Shown here in pieces: positions 18,585-27,060 of a stretch of 33,881 bases of DNA. A model generated the notes under the pieces. It was not told the origin of the DNA, ran no database searches, and saw nothing but the letters and a program-made list of their open reading frames with translations. This DNA comes from Dehalococcoidia bacterium (GTDB taxonomy: Bacteria; Chloroflexota; Dehalococcoidia; DSTF01; JALHUB01): contig DAOUEO010000050.1 in assembly GCA_034430455.1 (NCBI GenBank), positions 1 to 33,881 on the forward strand. Reading direction: 5' to 3'. Made by a program: the position numbers and the translations under genes. How positions within the stretch are numbered: position 1 is the first letter of the stretch; every line of letters starts with the position of its first letter.

Positions 18585-19379
18585 ATGAGCCACGCAATAC
18601 TGTTCGATGCCCACCTATGTACGGCCTGCCGAGGCTGCCAGGTTGCCTGCAAGCAGTGGAATGACTTGGAGGCAGAAGAGACGAAGAATACCGGCAGCTA
18701 CCAGAACCCGCCCAGGCTCTCCGCCGATACCTGGCTGGTGATGAGGTTCAAAGAGCTGGAGGGCGAGGACGGCAACCCGGTGTGGGCCTTCGGGAGACAC
18801 GCCTGCATGCACTGCGAGCACCCGGCATGCGTGTCGGCCTGCCCCGTGGGGGCGCTGCACAAGACGGAAGAAGGCCCGGTGCTCTGGAATGGGGATAAGT
18901 GCATAGGCTGCCGCTACTGCATGATAGCCTGTCCGTTCGACGTCCCAACCTTTACCTGGGACGCCGGCCTGGCTGAGGGAACGAAGATCCGCAAGTGCAC
19001 CTTCTGTATCGATCGGGTCAGCAACGGGCTGGAGCCAGCCTGCGTCCACACCTGCCCTTCAGGCGCCCTCAAGTTCGGCGAACGCGATGAGCTTATTGCC
19101 TACGCCGAGGAGAGGACCCAGAAGTACCCTGAGAAATACATTCCCCACGTGTACGGTAAGACAGAGGGGGGTGGTACCCATCTCCTCTACATTTCCCATG
19201 TCCCGTTCAAGGAGTTGGGCCTGCCCGAACTGGACGACAAGCCGATGGGCGACGTCAGCGAGACGATTATGAAGAGCACGCCGTTCGTCGCCGTCGGCTG
19301 GGCAGCCATCCTGGCTGGCATCTGGTGGGTCGTCGGGCGCCGCAACCAGATGATGAGCAAGAGCGGTTCGCGCGAGTAA
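18585..19379 (+). CDS. fdnH: Formate dehydrogenase iron-sulfur (beta) subunit, 4x[4Fe-4S], C-terminal TM anchor
   Basis: Four ferredoxin-type Cys groups (CTACRGCQVAC, CMHCEHPACVSACP, CIGCRYCMIACP, CTFC...ACVHTCP) and one C-terminal hydrophobic helix (FVAVGWAAILAGIWWVV). It starts 4 nt after the alpha subunit stop. Confidence 0.9.
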   Translation: MSHAILFDAHLCTACRGCQVACKQWNDLEAEETKNTGSYQNPPRLSADTWLVMRFKELEGEDGNPVWAFGRHACMHCEHPACVSACPVGALHKTEEGPVLWNGDKCIGCRYCMIACPFDVPTFTWDAGLAEGTKIRKCTFCIDRVSNGLEPACVHTCPSGALKFGERDELIAYAEERTQKYPEKYIPHVYGKTEGGGTHLLYISHVPFKELGLPELDDKPMGDVSETIMKSTPFVAVGWAAILAGIWWVVGRRNQMMSKSGSRE

Positions 19380-19399
19380 GGCGGGAAGGAGAAGTTGTG

Positions 19400-20584
19400 A
19401 TGACCAGCAGGGAGACAAGCCTAGTTCGTACAGTCATCTCACCCGGTCACCTCGTCCTTCTAGGGCTGATGGGCCTGGGGTTGGCAGTGGCGATAAGCCG
19501 CTACATCGGCGGCATCGGGGCCGTCAGCAACCTGAGCGACTCCTACCCCTGGGGGCTCTGGATCAGCTTCGACCTTCTGTGCGGAGTGGCCCTGGCGGCG
19601 GGAGCCTTTGTCACCGCCTCGGCCGTGTACATCCTGGGCAACGAGGATCTCCGTCCCGTCCTCCGTCCCGCTGTCCTCACCGGCTTCCTGGGATACCTCA
19701 TGGTCGTGTTCGCTCTCCTGGTGGACCTCGGTCACCCGGAGCGCATCTGGTATATGATATTCTTCTGGAACGTCCACTCCGTCATGTTTGAGGTAGGGTG
19801 GTGCGTGATGCTGTACACGGCGGTGCTGGCGCTTGAGTTCAGTCCGCTGGTCTTCGAGCGGCTGCGGATGTCGCCCATGCTACGCCTGATCCGCACCATT
19901 ACCATACCGCTGGTCATTCTGGGAACGGTTCTCTCCACTCTGCATCAGTCCTCGCTGGGCTCGCTGTTCAGCATTCTGCCTGACAAACTGAGCGGACTCT
20001 GGTTCACACCGCTCCTGCCGGTGTTCTTCTTCCTGTCGGCGGTGGCGGTCGGCCCGGCGATGGTGATCTTCGAGTCGACCATCAGCTCGAAGGTGTTCAA
20101 GCGGGGGCTGGAGGTGGAGCTTCTGGGCAAGCTGGCCCTGGCGATCCCCGTCGCCCTGGGCGCCTACCTTGTGCTGAAGATCGCCGACCTGGCCTACGCC
20201 GGGGAGTTGGACCTGCTGTTCGAGGGCAACATGAACACTGCCCTCTTCTGGATAGAGCTAGGGGGCGGGGTGATCCTGCCCACGGTCCTGTTCCTGATTC
20301 CGGCCGTTCGGAGCAGCGCCACGGGGCTGTTCTGGGGCGCTCTCCTGGTCATCGCGGGCCTGGTTATGAACCGCTTCGACACCAGCCTGATCGGGGTGGC
20401 GCGACCGGAAGACGCCGCCTCATACATCCCGCACATCCTGGAGTTCGTCATCACCATCTCGATCGTAGCCGCCGGCGTCTTCACCTACAGCATGGTGGCA
20501 CGCTTCCTCCCTCTGTTCACCGAGCAGGTCACGGACATGGCGATGCACAAGACGGAAGCGCCGCCCGTATCGGCGGGGAGCTAG
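19400..20584 (+). CDS. NrfD/PsrC/HybB-family integral membrane quinone-interacting subunit
   Basis: Polytopic protein of about 394 aa with the NrfD-like opening YPWGLWISFDLLCGVALAAGAF. ATG 19400 follows the RBS GGAAGGAGAAG. No obvious heme-ligand pattern of FdnI-type cytochrome b. Confidence 0.85.
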   Translation: MTSRETSLVRTVISPGHLVLLGLMGLGLAVAISRYIGGIGAVSNLSDSYPWGLWISFDLLCGVALAAGAFVTASAVYILGNEDLRPVLRPAVLTGFLGYLMVVFALLVDLGHPERIWYMIFFWNVHSVMFEVGWCVMLYTAVLALEFSPLVFERLRMSPMLRLIRTITIPLVILGTVLSTLHQSSLGSLFSILPDKLSGLWFTPLLPVFFFLSAVAVGPAMVIFESTISSKVFKRGLEVELLGKLALAIPVALGAYLVLKIADLAYAGELDLLFEGNMNTALFWIELGGGVILPTVLFLIPAVRSSATGLFWGALLVIAGLVMNRFDTSLIGVARPEDAASYIPHILEFVITISIVAAGVFTYSMVARFLPLFTEQVTDMAMHKTEAPPVSAGS

Positions 20585-20618
20585 GGAAGGGGACGCCCCG
20601 CAAGGGCGGAGCCTGGCA

Positions 20619-21455
20619 GTGGTTGGCTACGACAAGATTCTGGAGGCACTGGAAGCGGAGGCGGGGCGGCGGCCGGAGATGGCCGACACCATCGACCTCT
20701 ACCGCAAGCTGATCGAGTGCCAGGCCGATGCTCACGTTCTCCAGAACGGCAGCGGCCTCGGCGCCGAGGAAGCCGCCAGCCGTCTGGAGCAGGGACAACC
20801 GCTGCTGTCGCCGGAGACGGTGGAGATCGACCCCGAGACTTTCGCCGAGCTGTGCAGTCGCATAGGGTTCACCCTCGCCCAGCAGCAGCGGGAGCTGGTG
20901 AAACCGCTGGCCCTGATCCACGCCTGGCTGCGGGAGCGGCGCCAGGAGATCGGGACGCTGGCGGTGGAGTATCTGCGGGAGGGCCGCGTCGGCAAGGGCG
21001 AAGAGGCAGGACTGGAGGGTTCCCTCCTCTCCTTCATCTTCACCCATTCCCTCCGTCCCTTGCTGCGGGCTCAGGCGGCGGCTCTTTCTGGTTATGTCAA
21101 CGACAGCCAGTGGTATCGCGGCCGCTGCCCCATCTGCGGTGGGGAGCCTGACATCGCCGCCCTAGAGCGCGGCTCGGGACAGCGGCGCCTCCTCTGCACT
21201 CGCTGCGACAGCGATTGGGCCTACCTGCGGATCGCCTGCCCCTTCTGCGGCAACGAGGACCCGTCGCAGCTCTCCTACTACCCCAGCGACGACAAGGTGT
21301 ACCGGCTCAACGTGTGCGAGCGCTGCCATCGCTATCTGAAGACGGTTGACCGGCGGGAAACGGCGGGAGAAAGGCTCCTGCCCGTGGAGCGCATCCTCAC
21401 CGTCGGCATGGACTTCGCCGCCCATAAGGCCGGGTATCGAGGAGACCGGGGGTAG
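20619..21455 (+). CDS. fdhE: FdhE-like formate dehydrogenase accessory protein
   Basis: Four CxxC pairs in the FdhE arrangement (CPICGG, CTRCDSDW, CPFCGN, CERCHRYLK). It lies directly downstream of the FDH structural genes. GTG start. Confidence 0.85.
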   Translation: MVGYDKILEALEAEAGRRPEMADTIDLYRKLIECQADAHVLQNGSGLGAEEAASRLEQGQPLLSPETVEIDPETFAELCSRIGFTLAQQQRELVKPLALIHAWLRERRQEIGTLAVEYLREGRVGKGEEAGLEGSLLSFIFTHSLRPLLRAQAAALSGYVNDSQWYRGRCPICGGEPDIAALERGSGQRRLLCTRCDSDWAYLRIACPFCGNEDPSQLSYYPSDDKVYRLNVCERCHRYLKTVDRRETAGERLLPVERILTVGMDFAAHKAGYRGDRG

Positions 21456-21485
21456 GATTCGCCTGGTCGCTACGGCGAGGGCGAC

Positions 21486-21501
21486 GGCGCCGAGCGGCGC
21501 C
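21486..21501. terminator. Small GC hairpin between convergent fdhE and kinase genes
   Basis: GGCGCC-GAGC-GGCGCC (6-bp stem, 4-nt loop) abutting the kinase stop codon. No U-tract. Confidence 0.2.
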
Positions 21502-23520
21502 TCATGCGTCAGCGAGTTCAGGGCCGTGGATCGCCATCTCCACGCTGACGGTTGTTCCTTCACCAGGCTGTGATTCGAGATTGAGGGTCGCGCCGAGAAG
21601 GCGGGCGCGCTCCTGCATTCCCGCCAGGCCCAGCTTACCCTCCTCGGCGAGGTCTCCCGCCCTCTCCGGCACCTCGAAGCCCGTGCCGTTATCCCGCACC
21701 GACAGTCTGACGGCGTCATCGTCGAACTCCACGAGCAGGCACGCCTGCGATGCGCCGGAGTGTTTCCAAACGTTGTGCAGCGCTTCCTGGGCGATGCGAA
21801 AGAGGAGCAGCTCGGCATCGGACGGCAGACGGCGCTCGTCACCGATGACTTCCGTCCGCACCTCGATGCCGAAGCGCTTCTCGACGTCGGCGGCCAGCCA
21901 TTGCAGCGCCGGCAAGAGCCCCAGGTCATCGAGAACGGAGGGCCGAAGGTCCTGGGCGAAGCGGCGTACGCCATCGAGCACTTTGCCCACCCAGTCCTGT
22001 AGCTCCCTGATGCGGGCTCTGGCGTCCTCACTGCGTTTCCCGAAGCGGATGGCCAGCTTGTCCAGCTCCCGGGAGAGGGCCACCAGCTCCTGGGCCGTTT
22101 CGTCGTGGAGGTCTCGCGCGATGCGCTTGCGCTCCTCCTCCTGAGCCCGCGTCGCCTCGCGCAGGTAGAACCGCAGGTTTTCCTCCAGGCGCTTCTCGTC
22201 GGTCACGTCCCTGGCGATGTGCTGGAAGCCCCTCGGCCGCCTGCCATCGCTGACGAGGCTGGTGGTCAGCTTGACATGGGCGAGCGAGCCGTCTTTCTTG
22301 ATGAACTGCTGGTCATAGGCGCGGTCGATCACCTCGCCCTGGAGGAGCCGGCGCTTGACCTCCCTGGCGATCTCCAGGCCGCCGGGCGTGAGAACCTCGC
22401 GGACGTTCCTGCCGATCAGCTCACTCTCGGCATAGCCGCCAAGCTTGAGGGCGGCGGCGTTGGTCACCTCGATCTTGCCGTCCAGGTCCTGAAGGATGAT
22501 GGCGTCGTGGGCGCTCTCAAACAGCTCTCGATAGGCCTTCTCCGATGCCCGCAGCGCCTCCGCCGTCTGTCGTTGCTCTTGGAATAGCCGGGCGTTCTCC
22601 AGGGCTACGCCGACCACGTTTCCCAGCGTGGCGAGAAACTCCAACCGCTCGGAGCGGAACTCGCGGCGCTGCCGCGCACAGACGCACAGCGCACCCAGGA
22701 CGTCGCCTTTGGACTTGATGGGGACGATAACGCCGACGCGGATGCCCTCCTGTTCCATCTTTGGTCGGGACGGCACAAACTCTCTCGCACCAAGGTCTAT
22801 CAGCCACGGCTCTCCCGACTCGGTCAGTCTCGGGATGTTCAAGCCCTCACCGCGGGCCATGCGGCTCATGCCGGAGGCAAACGCCTCCGATACACCCTCA
22901 GACGCTTCCAGGACCAACTCGCCCGTCGCTTCTTCCAACAGGAATGCGAGGAAGACCTCCATACCGATGACGTCTCTGACCCTGCTCGCGGCGCGCGCCA
23001 GGATATCCTTGATCTCCAGCGACTCGCTGACGACGGCGGAGACGCTGTTGACCGCGGCAAGCTCGCTTTCTCGGCGCTCGATCACGTTGAGGTTGGAGCG
23101 AAGCTGCTCCTGGGCCGCCTGCAACCGCGAGAGCATCCTCTCGCGTCCTATCCTCTGCCTGCGGTAGGTCTCGAACAGGACGTTCACCAGCACCCCCGCG
23201 AGGGCGACGGTGCCCGTCTCCAGCGCCGCGTCGGCCGGGAATTCGGATATCCAGATGTCGCGGGGCACCATCACCGCCAGGGACAGGAAGACGGCGGCGA
23301 TCCCTCCCCTGATCCCGAAGATAAGGCCCGCATACCCGATCGGCAGGAGGAACATCAGCCGCTCGGCGGCGTGTCTCTCGGTGCCCAGAAGCGATTGGGG
23401 AACGTCGGCACCTACGATGGGTAGCTGCTGCGGATAGTGGAGGATCGTGGCCAAGATGAACACGCCTACCACGATCCAGAAATGCCAGGTGCCGGCAACT
23501 CTCTTGATGGCTCTTATCAT
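21502..23520 (-). CDS. Membrane sensor histidine kinase (4-TM N-terminal module, GAF, PAS, HisKA_3, HATPase_c)
   Basis: H-box RIARDLHDETAQEL (HisKA_3 type). ATPase boxes EALHNVWKHSGA, DNGTGF, GLAGMQERARLLGATL. PAS-like ILQDLDGKIEVTNAAALKLGGY. Hydrophobic N-terminal region of about 125 aa. Confidence 0.9.
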   Translation of the reverse strand: MIRAIKRVAGTWHFWIVVGVFILATILHYPQQLPIVGADVPQSLLGTERHAAERLMFLLPIGYAGLIFGIRGGIAAVFLSLAVMVPRDIWISEFPADAALETGTVALAGVLVNVLFETYRRQRIGRERMLSRLQAAQEQLRSNLNVIERRESELAAVNSVSAVVSESLEIKDILARAASRVRDVIGMEVFLAFLLEEATGELVLEASEGVSEAFASGMSRMARGEGLNIPRLTESGEPWLIDLGAREFVPSRPKMEQEGIRVGVIVPIKSKGDVLGALCVCARQRREFRSERLEFLATLGNVVGVALENARLFQEQRQTAEALRASEKAYRELFESAHDAIILQDLDGKIEVTNAAALKLGGYAESELIGRNVREVLTPGGLEIAREVKRRLLQGEVIDRAYDQQFIKKDGSLAHVKLTTSLVSDGRRPRGFQHIARDVTDEKRLEENLRFYLREATRAQEEERKRIARDLHDETAQELVALSRELDKLAIRFGKRSEDARARIRELQDWVGKVLDGVRRFAQDLRPSVLDDLGLLPALQWLAADVEKRFGIEVRTEVIGDERRLPSDAELLLFRIAQEALHNVWKHSGASQACLLVEFDDDAVRLSVRDNGTGFEVPERAGDLAEEGKLGLAGMQERARLLGATLNLESQPGEGTTVSVEMAIHGPELADA

Positions 23521-23569
23521 CGCTCCAGACGCTTACCGGGATGCCGACGGCTTGGGGGCGTGGGGGTCT

Positions 23570-24232
23570 TTATTCTTCCTCGAGGCTGAGCCAGCCCTTC
23601 CTCAGGGCATGCAGCACCGCTTCGGTGCGCGAGCCGACCCCCATCTTGTTGAAGATGCTGCCGAGGTGGGCCTGAACCGTCCGGACGCTGAGGGAGAGCT
23701 CGCGGGCGATGTCCTTATTGCTAATGCCCTTGCCCGCCAGGCGGAGGACCTCCATCTCGCGCTCGCTCAAGGCGTCCTTGAGCGGCTCCTCCGCCGCAGG
23801 CGCCTTTCTCTCTCGGAAGCGCTCGACGATCTTGCTGGCGATCTGAGGGTGGAGGACCGATTCCCCATTGTGCACCGCTCGAACGGCGCTGATGAGTTCG
23901 CTCCGGCGCACGTTCTTCAGCAGGTAGCCAGCTGCCCCCGCCTCTAGGAGGGCGAATATGTACTGCTCGTTGTCGTAGGCGGTGAGGATGAGCACGGCGG
24001 TGGCTGGGCAGAGTTCCTTTATCCGCTTTGTGGCCTGGATGCCGTTCACCTTCGGCATGGCGATGTCCATTATCACCACGTTGGGACGGAGCTTGCTTGT
24101 GAGCTCGATGGCCTCTTCCCCATCACCGGCCTCGCCGACCACGTCCATGTCCCTTTCTCGCTGGACGAGCTCGCGGGTACCCTCTCGCACCACTACGTGA
24201 TCCTCGGCAAGCAAGACGCGGATCTTCTCCAC
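23570..24232 (-). CDS. NarL/LuxR-family response regulator
   Basis: Receiver domain (IRVLLAEDH, VVIMDIAMP) plus LuxR HTH (LSEREMEVLRLAGKGISNKDIARELSLSVRTVQAHLGSIFNKMGV). I prefer GTG 24232 (GGAGGG upstream). The track start ATG 24265 remains possible. Confidence 0.9.
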   Translation of the reverse strand: MEKIRVLLAEDHVVVREGTRELVQRERDMDVVGEAGDGEEAIELTSKLRPNVVIMDIAMPKVNGIQATKRIKELCPATAVLILTAYDNEQYIFALLEAGAAGYLLKNVRRSELISAVRAVHNGESVLHPQIASKIVERFRERKAPAAEEPLKDALSEREMEVLRLAGKGISNKDIARELSLSVRTVQAHLGSIFNKMGVGSRTEAVLHALRKGWLSLEEE

Positions 24233-24312
24233 AATTCCCTCCGGTTGCTCTCCGGACACAAGCATACCACTTTGGACCGCGCTGCGACATCAGCGGAAAC
24301 GCCTTGGCATTA

Positions 24313-24343
24313 TTGCCTAGCCCCCTCCTCCTTTGCCTAGCCC
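24313..24343. repeat. Direct 11-bp repeat TTGCCTAGCCC x2, with a third inverted partial copy at about 24366-24375
   Basis: TTGCCTAGCCC at 24313-24323 and 24333-24343 (20-bp periodicity). CTAGGCA, the reverse complement of TGCCTAG, lies at 24369-24375. All are in the divergent regulator/USP intergenic region. Confidence 0.6.
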
Positions 24344-24571
24344 AACGGCCCTGCCGGTGATGCGGGCGCTAGGCACATTATGTTAGTGGAATTTGGCACA
24401 ATCTCAGATGGCAGCCTTTGGCCCACGGGGTATCCTGATGGTGGAGATGAGAGGAGGAGGAAAGCGAGGGGCGGCAACAAGAACACGAGGGAGGTAAAGA
24501 GAATGGGTACCAAGAAAGAGTTCGGAGAAGAGGTGGAGAGGGTTCTGGCAGTAGCGAAGGGAGGAAAGACG

Positions 24572-25099
24572 ATGCGTATCATGGTTCCGGTCGACGGCAC
24601 CCCCGAGTGCGAGGAAGCAGTACCAATGGCGGCCAGGCTGGCCGAGGGTCTTGGCGCCGATGTCTACCTGGTCCGGGCGGTCGAGGCGATCGACGCCTTC
24701 AGCCCGCTGCGCCACGAGCCAGAGATAGCGGCGATGGTGAAGGAGACAAGGGGTTACCTGCATGACCTGGCGTACCGATGGGAGCTGCCCACGGAGCAGA
24801 CCCAGTGCCTGGCAACCCACACCGACAACGCGGCGAAGGAGCTCATCGAGCTTGCCAAGGCCAATGAGATCGACCTGATCGTCATGGAGACGCACGGAAA
24901 GAAGGGCCTCCGGCGCTGGGTGCAGGGCAGTGTCACCGACGAGGTCATTCGGGCCAAGGTCTGCCCGGTGATAACGGTTCCCACCACCGGTGCCACAGCG
25001 GCTGGCGGCCGGCGTGCTCGCTGGTACGAGCGCCTTCCGGTTCCCGTCCGCGGCGCCCCGGCGCGCACCCAGGGCGCAGGCGAGCTGGCCAAGAGGTAG
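24572..25099 (+). CDS. Universal stress protein family (paralogue 1)
   Basis: USP fold pattern MRIMVPVDGTPE...DLIVMETHGKKGLRRWVQGSVTDEVIRAKVCPVITVP. ATG 24572 has GGAGG 7 nt upstream and matches the paralogue's N-terminus. ATG 24503 (also with an RBS) is an alternative start. Confidence 0.85.
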   Translation: MRIMVPVDGTPECEEAVPMAARLAEGLGADVYLVRAVEAIDAFSPLRHEPEIAAMVKETRGYLHDLAYRWELPTEQTQCLATHTDNAAKELIELAKANEIDLIVMETHGKKGLRRWVQGSVTDEVIRAKVCPVITVPTTGATAAGGRRARWYERLPVPVRGAPARTQGAGELAKR

Positions 25100-25122
25100 G
25101 GCGGAGGCGGCTAACTCCGCCC
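25099..25122 (+). terminator. Hairpin overlapping the USP1 stop codon
   Basis: GGGCGGAG-(8 nt)-CTCCGCCC, a perfect 8-bp stem. No following U-tract, so function as an intrinsic terminator is uncertain. Confidence 0.3.
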
Positions 25123-25150
25123 ACCAGCCAGCCACCACTAAGGAGATGGA

Positions 25151-25180
25151 TTGACAGAATAATCGCAGCTATGCTACCAA
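25151..25180 (+). promoter_or_regulatory. Candidate sigma70-type promoter of the hydrogenase operon
   Basis: Perfect -35 TTGACA (25151-25156), an 18-nt AT-rich spacer and a weak -10 TACCAA (25175-25180), about 95 nt before the hyhB ATG. Confidence 0.3.
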
Positions 25181-25274
25181 TGAGACAGATGCCACAGGAA
25201 ACGGATGTTCGAGCCACAGACCGAGCGCCGTTTCCCTGTGCGGGACAGGAGAAGCTACAAGGATAGGGGGACAG

Positions 25275-26264
25275 ATGCCCACTTACAGGTTTGAAAAGCA
25301 ACGGCTGGTTCCCTTCATCGCCTCCCTGACAAAGCGCTACTACCAGGTGTTCGCCCCGGTGCGCAGCGACGTTGTCCGCTTGCAGGAGGTGACGAGCGGA
25401 GAGAACATCGATCTCACGGAGAACACGTATCTACCCCCCAAGGACCTGTTCTTCGGTAAACGCGATGTCCTTTTTACCTTCAACGGCAACCAGATGGCGC
25501 TGCCGGTGGATCCGGTAGGGCCGCGTGTCCTCTTCGGCCTGAGGCGCTGCGACCTGAACGCGATCGCCCATCAGGACATCGTGTACATGCAGCAGCGCCG
25601 CTCCCCCATCTACGCCGCCCGGCGGGAGGCCACCATCCTCATCGGCTACCACTGTCCGAGCCCACCCAGCCCCTATTGCTTCTGCGGCAGCATGGACCTC
25701 AAGGACTGCCAGGACTTGATGTTCGTGGAGCGGGCAGACTATTTCCTGGTGGAGACGGGCTCTGAGCAGGGCGAGAGGTTTGTCCACAGCCTGCCTCGCT
25801 ACTTCGAACGGACCAGCGAGGAGCTGGGCGAGGATGATCGGCGAACTCCAGGCTCGGCTCGCCTGGCAACCACCGACATCGCCGCTCTCTACGACAACGA
25901 GTTGTGGGAGGAGGGGGTCAGGAATTGCCTCAGTTGCGGTGCCTGTACAACCCTCTGCCCCACCTGCTACTGCTACGAGATCCATGACGAGGTGGAGCTG
26001 GGGGACCTCGACCGCGGCATGAGGTGCCGCTACTGGTCCAGTTGCCAGCTCAAGGATTTCACCCGCGTGGCCGGCGACTACTGCTTCCGCGACGAAAGGC
26101 GCGATCGCTTCCGCCACCGCATCTATCACCAGTTGGAATACTTCCGCGATCGCTACGGCGTCAGCCTGTGCACGGGCTGCGGCCGCTGCATCGCCTACTG
26201 TCCGACCCGCATCGACTGGGTAGACATTGTGAACAGGATGGTCAGCCATGCAAGTACGAGCTAG
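25275..26264 (+). CDS. hyhB: Group 3b [NiFe]-hydrogenase beta subunit (sulfhydrogenase HydB / AsrA-like Fe-S protein)
   Basis: Two Cys clusters, CLSCGACTTLCPTCYC and CTGCGRCIAYCP. First gene of a beta-gamma-delta-alpha order identical to Pyrococcus hydBGDA. Confidence 0.8.
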   Translation: MPTYRFEKQRLVPFIASLTKRYYQVFAPVRSDVVRLQEVTSGENIDLTENTYLPPKDLFFGKRDVLFTFNGNQMALPVDPVGPRVLFGLRRCDLNAIAHQDIVYMQQRRSPIYAARREATILIGYHCPSPPSPYCFCGSMDLKDCQDLMFVERADYFLVETGSEQGERFVHSLPRYFERTSEELGEDDRRTPGSARLATTDIAALYDNELWEEGVRNCLSCGACTTLCPTCYCYEIHDEVELGDLDRGMRCRYWSSCQLKDFTRVAGDYCFRDERRDRFRHRIYHQLEYFRDRYGVSLCTGCGRCIAYCPTRIDWVDIVNRMVSHASTS

Positions 26265-27060
26265 CGACTACGTCCTCATCCCCATGCCAGCGAGGATCCT
26301 TGAGAGCATCAAGGAGACACCCGACAGTATCACCTTGACGCTGGACCTCCGCCTCGGCCACAAACCGGGACAATTCATTCAGGTCTCCGTCATGGGAGTA
26401 GGAGAGGCACCCATCTCCATCGCCTCCTGGGGCGGCAGCACCACCACCCTTCACATTCGCCAGGTCGGCAATGTGACGGCAGCGCTCGGCGACTGCCGGG
26501 TCGGCGACACGCTGTTCGTCCGTGGCCCCTTCGGCAACGGCTTCCCCATGGACGAGACCTGGAAACAGAACTTGATCCTGGTAGGAGGCGGCTGCGGTGT
26601 GGCGCCCCTGCGGGGTGTTATGCAGCACATCCTCAGCCACCGGGCCGACTACGGGGAGGTGATCGCCTTTCTCGGCTTTCGCAGCCCGGGCGAGCTGATC
26701 TTCGAGAGCGACATTGAACGGTGGCGCAGAGACTGCTCCCTGCACGTCTCCTTTGATACTATGGAGGGAGGCTGCGCCATCACCGCCAGTGAGGGCTTCG
26801 TGACCGACCTGGTGCGCCAGACCAGCCTCCCCTCAGAGCAGACCACGGCCTTCCTCTGCGGCCCGCCGATCATGATGAGCATCGCCAGTGAGATCCTTCT
26901 GGAGAAGAGGCTGCCCCAGGAGCGGCTCTACCTGTCCATGGAGCGCCTGATGTACTGCGGCGCCGGCGAGTGCTGCCACTGCATGATCGGCGGCAAGTAT
27001 GCCTGTGTAGACGGCCCGGTATTCCGCTGGGACGCTATCAAGGAGCACGTCCGTGAATGA
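26248..27060 (+). CDS. hyhG: Group 3b [NiFe]-hydrogenase gamma subunit (FAD/NAD(P)-binding, [2Fe-2S]; AsrB/PyrK-like)
   Basis: Flavin/NAD fold motifs (GQFIQVS, LVGGGCGVAPL) and a C-terminal CGAGECCHCMIGGKYACVDGP cluster motif. Overlaps hyhB by 17 nt. Confidence 0.82.
   Translation: MQVRASDYVLIPMPARILESIKETPDSITLTLDLRLGHKPGQFIQVSVMGVGEAPISIASWGGSTTTLHIRQVGNVTAALGDCRVGDTLFVRGPFGNGFPMDETWKQNLILVGGGCGVAPLRGVMQHILSHRADYGEVIAFLGFRSPGELIFESDIERWRRDCSLHVSFDTMEGGCAITASEGFVTDLVRQTSLPSEQTTAFLCGPPIMMSIASEILLEKRLPQERLYLSMERLMYCGAGECCHCMIGGKYACVDGPVFRWDAIKEHVRE

Noticed and set aside
24290-24310. Six-codon mini-ORF (MPRRFR) on the minus strand upstream of the response regulator, downstream of a GGAGGAGGGGG stretch.
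   Set aside because: The spacing from the purine-rich stretch to the ATG is about 10 nt or more, and the stretch is the complement of the spacer in the TTGCCTAGCCC repeat. It is too short and unsupported to call a leader peptide.
24304-24317. Sigma54-like TGGCA...TTGC elements (TTGGCATTATTGCC here; also TGGCAC at 24393-24398).
   Set aside because: The GG-to-GC spacing is wrong. It is 9 nt here against the 12-nt offset in TGGCACG-N4-TTGC, and the second element has no TTGC at the required distance.
24503-24571. Alternative longer USP1 start (ATG 24503 with its own GGGAGG RBS), adding MGTKKEFGEEVERVLAVAKGGKT.
   Set aside because: Not excluded. However, paralogue USP2 begins only a few residues before the conserved PVDGTPE block, and ATG 24572 has an equally good RBS, so I annotated the shorter form.
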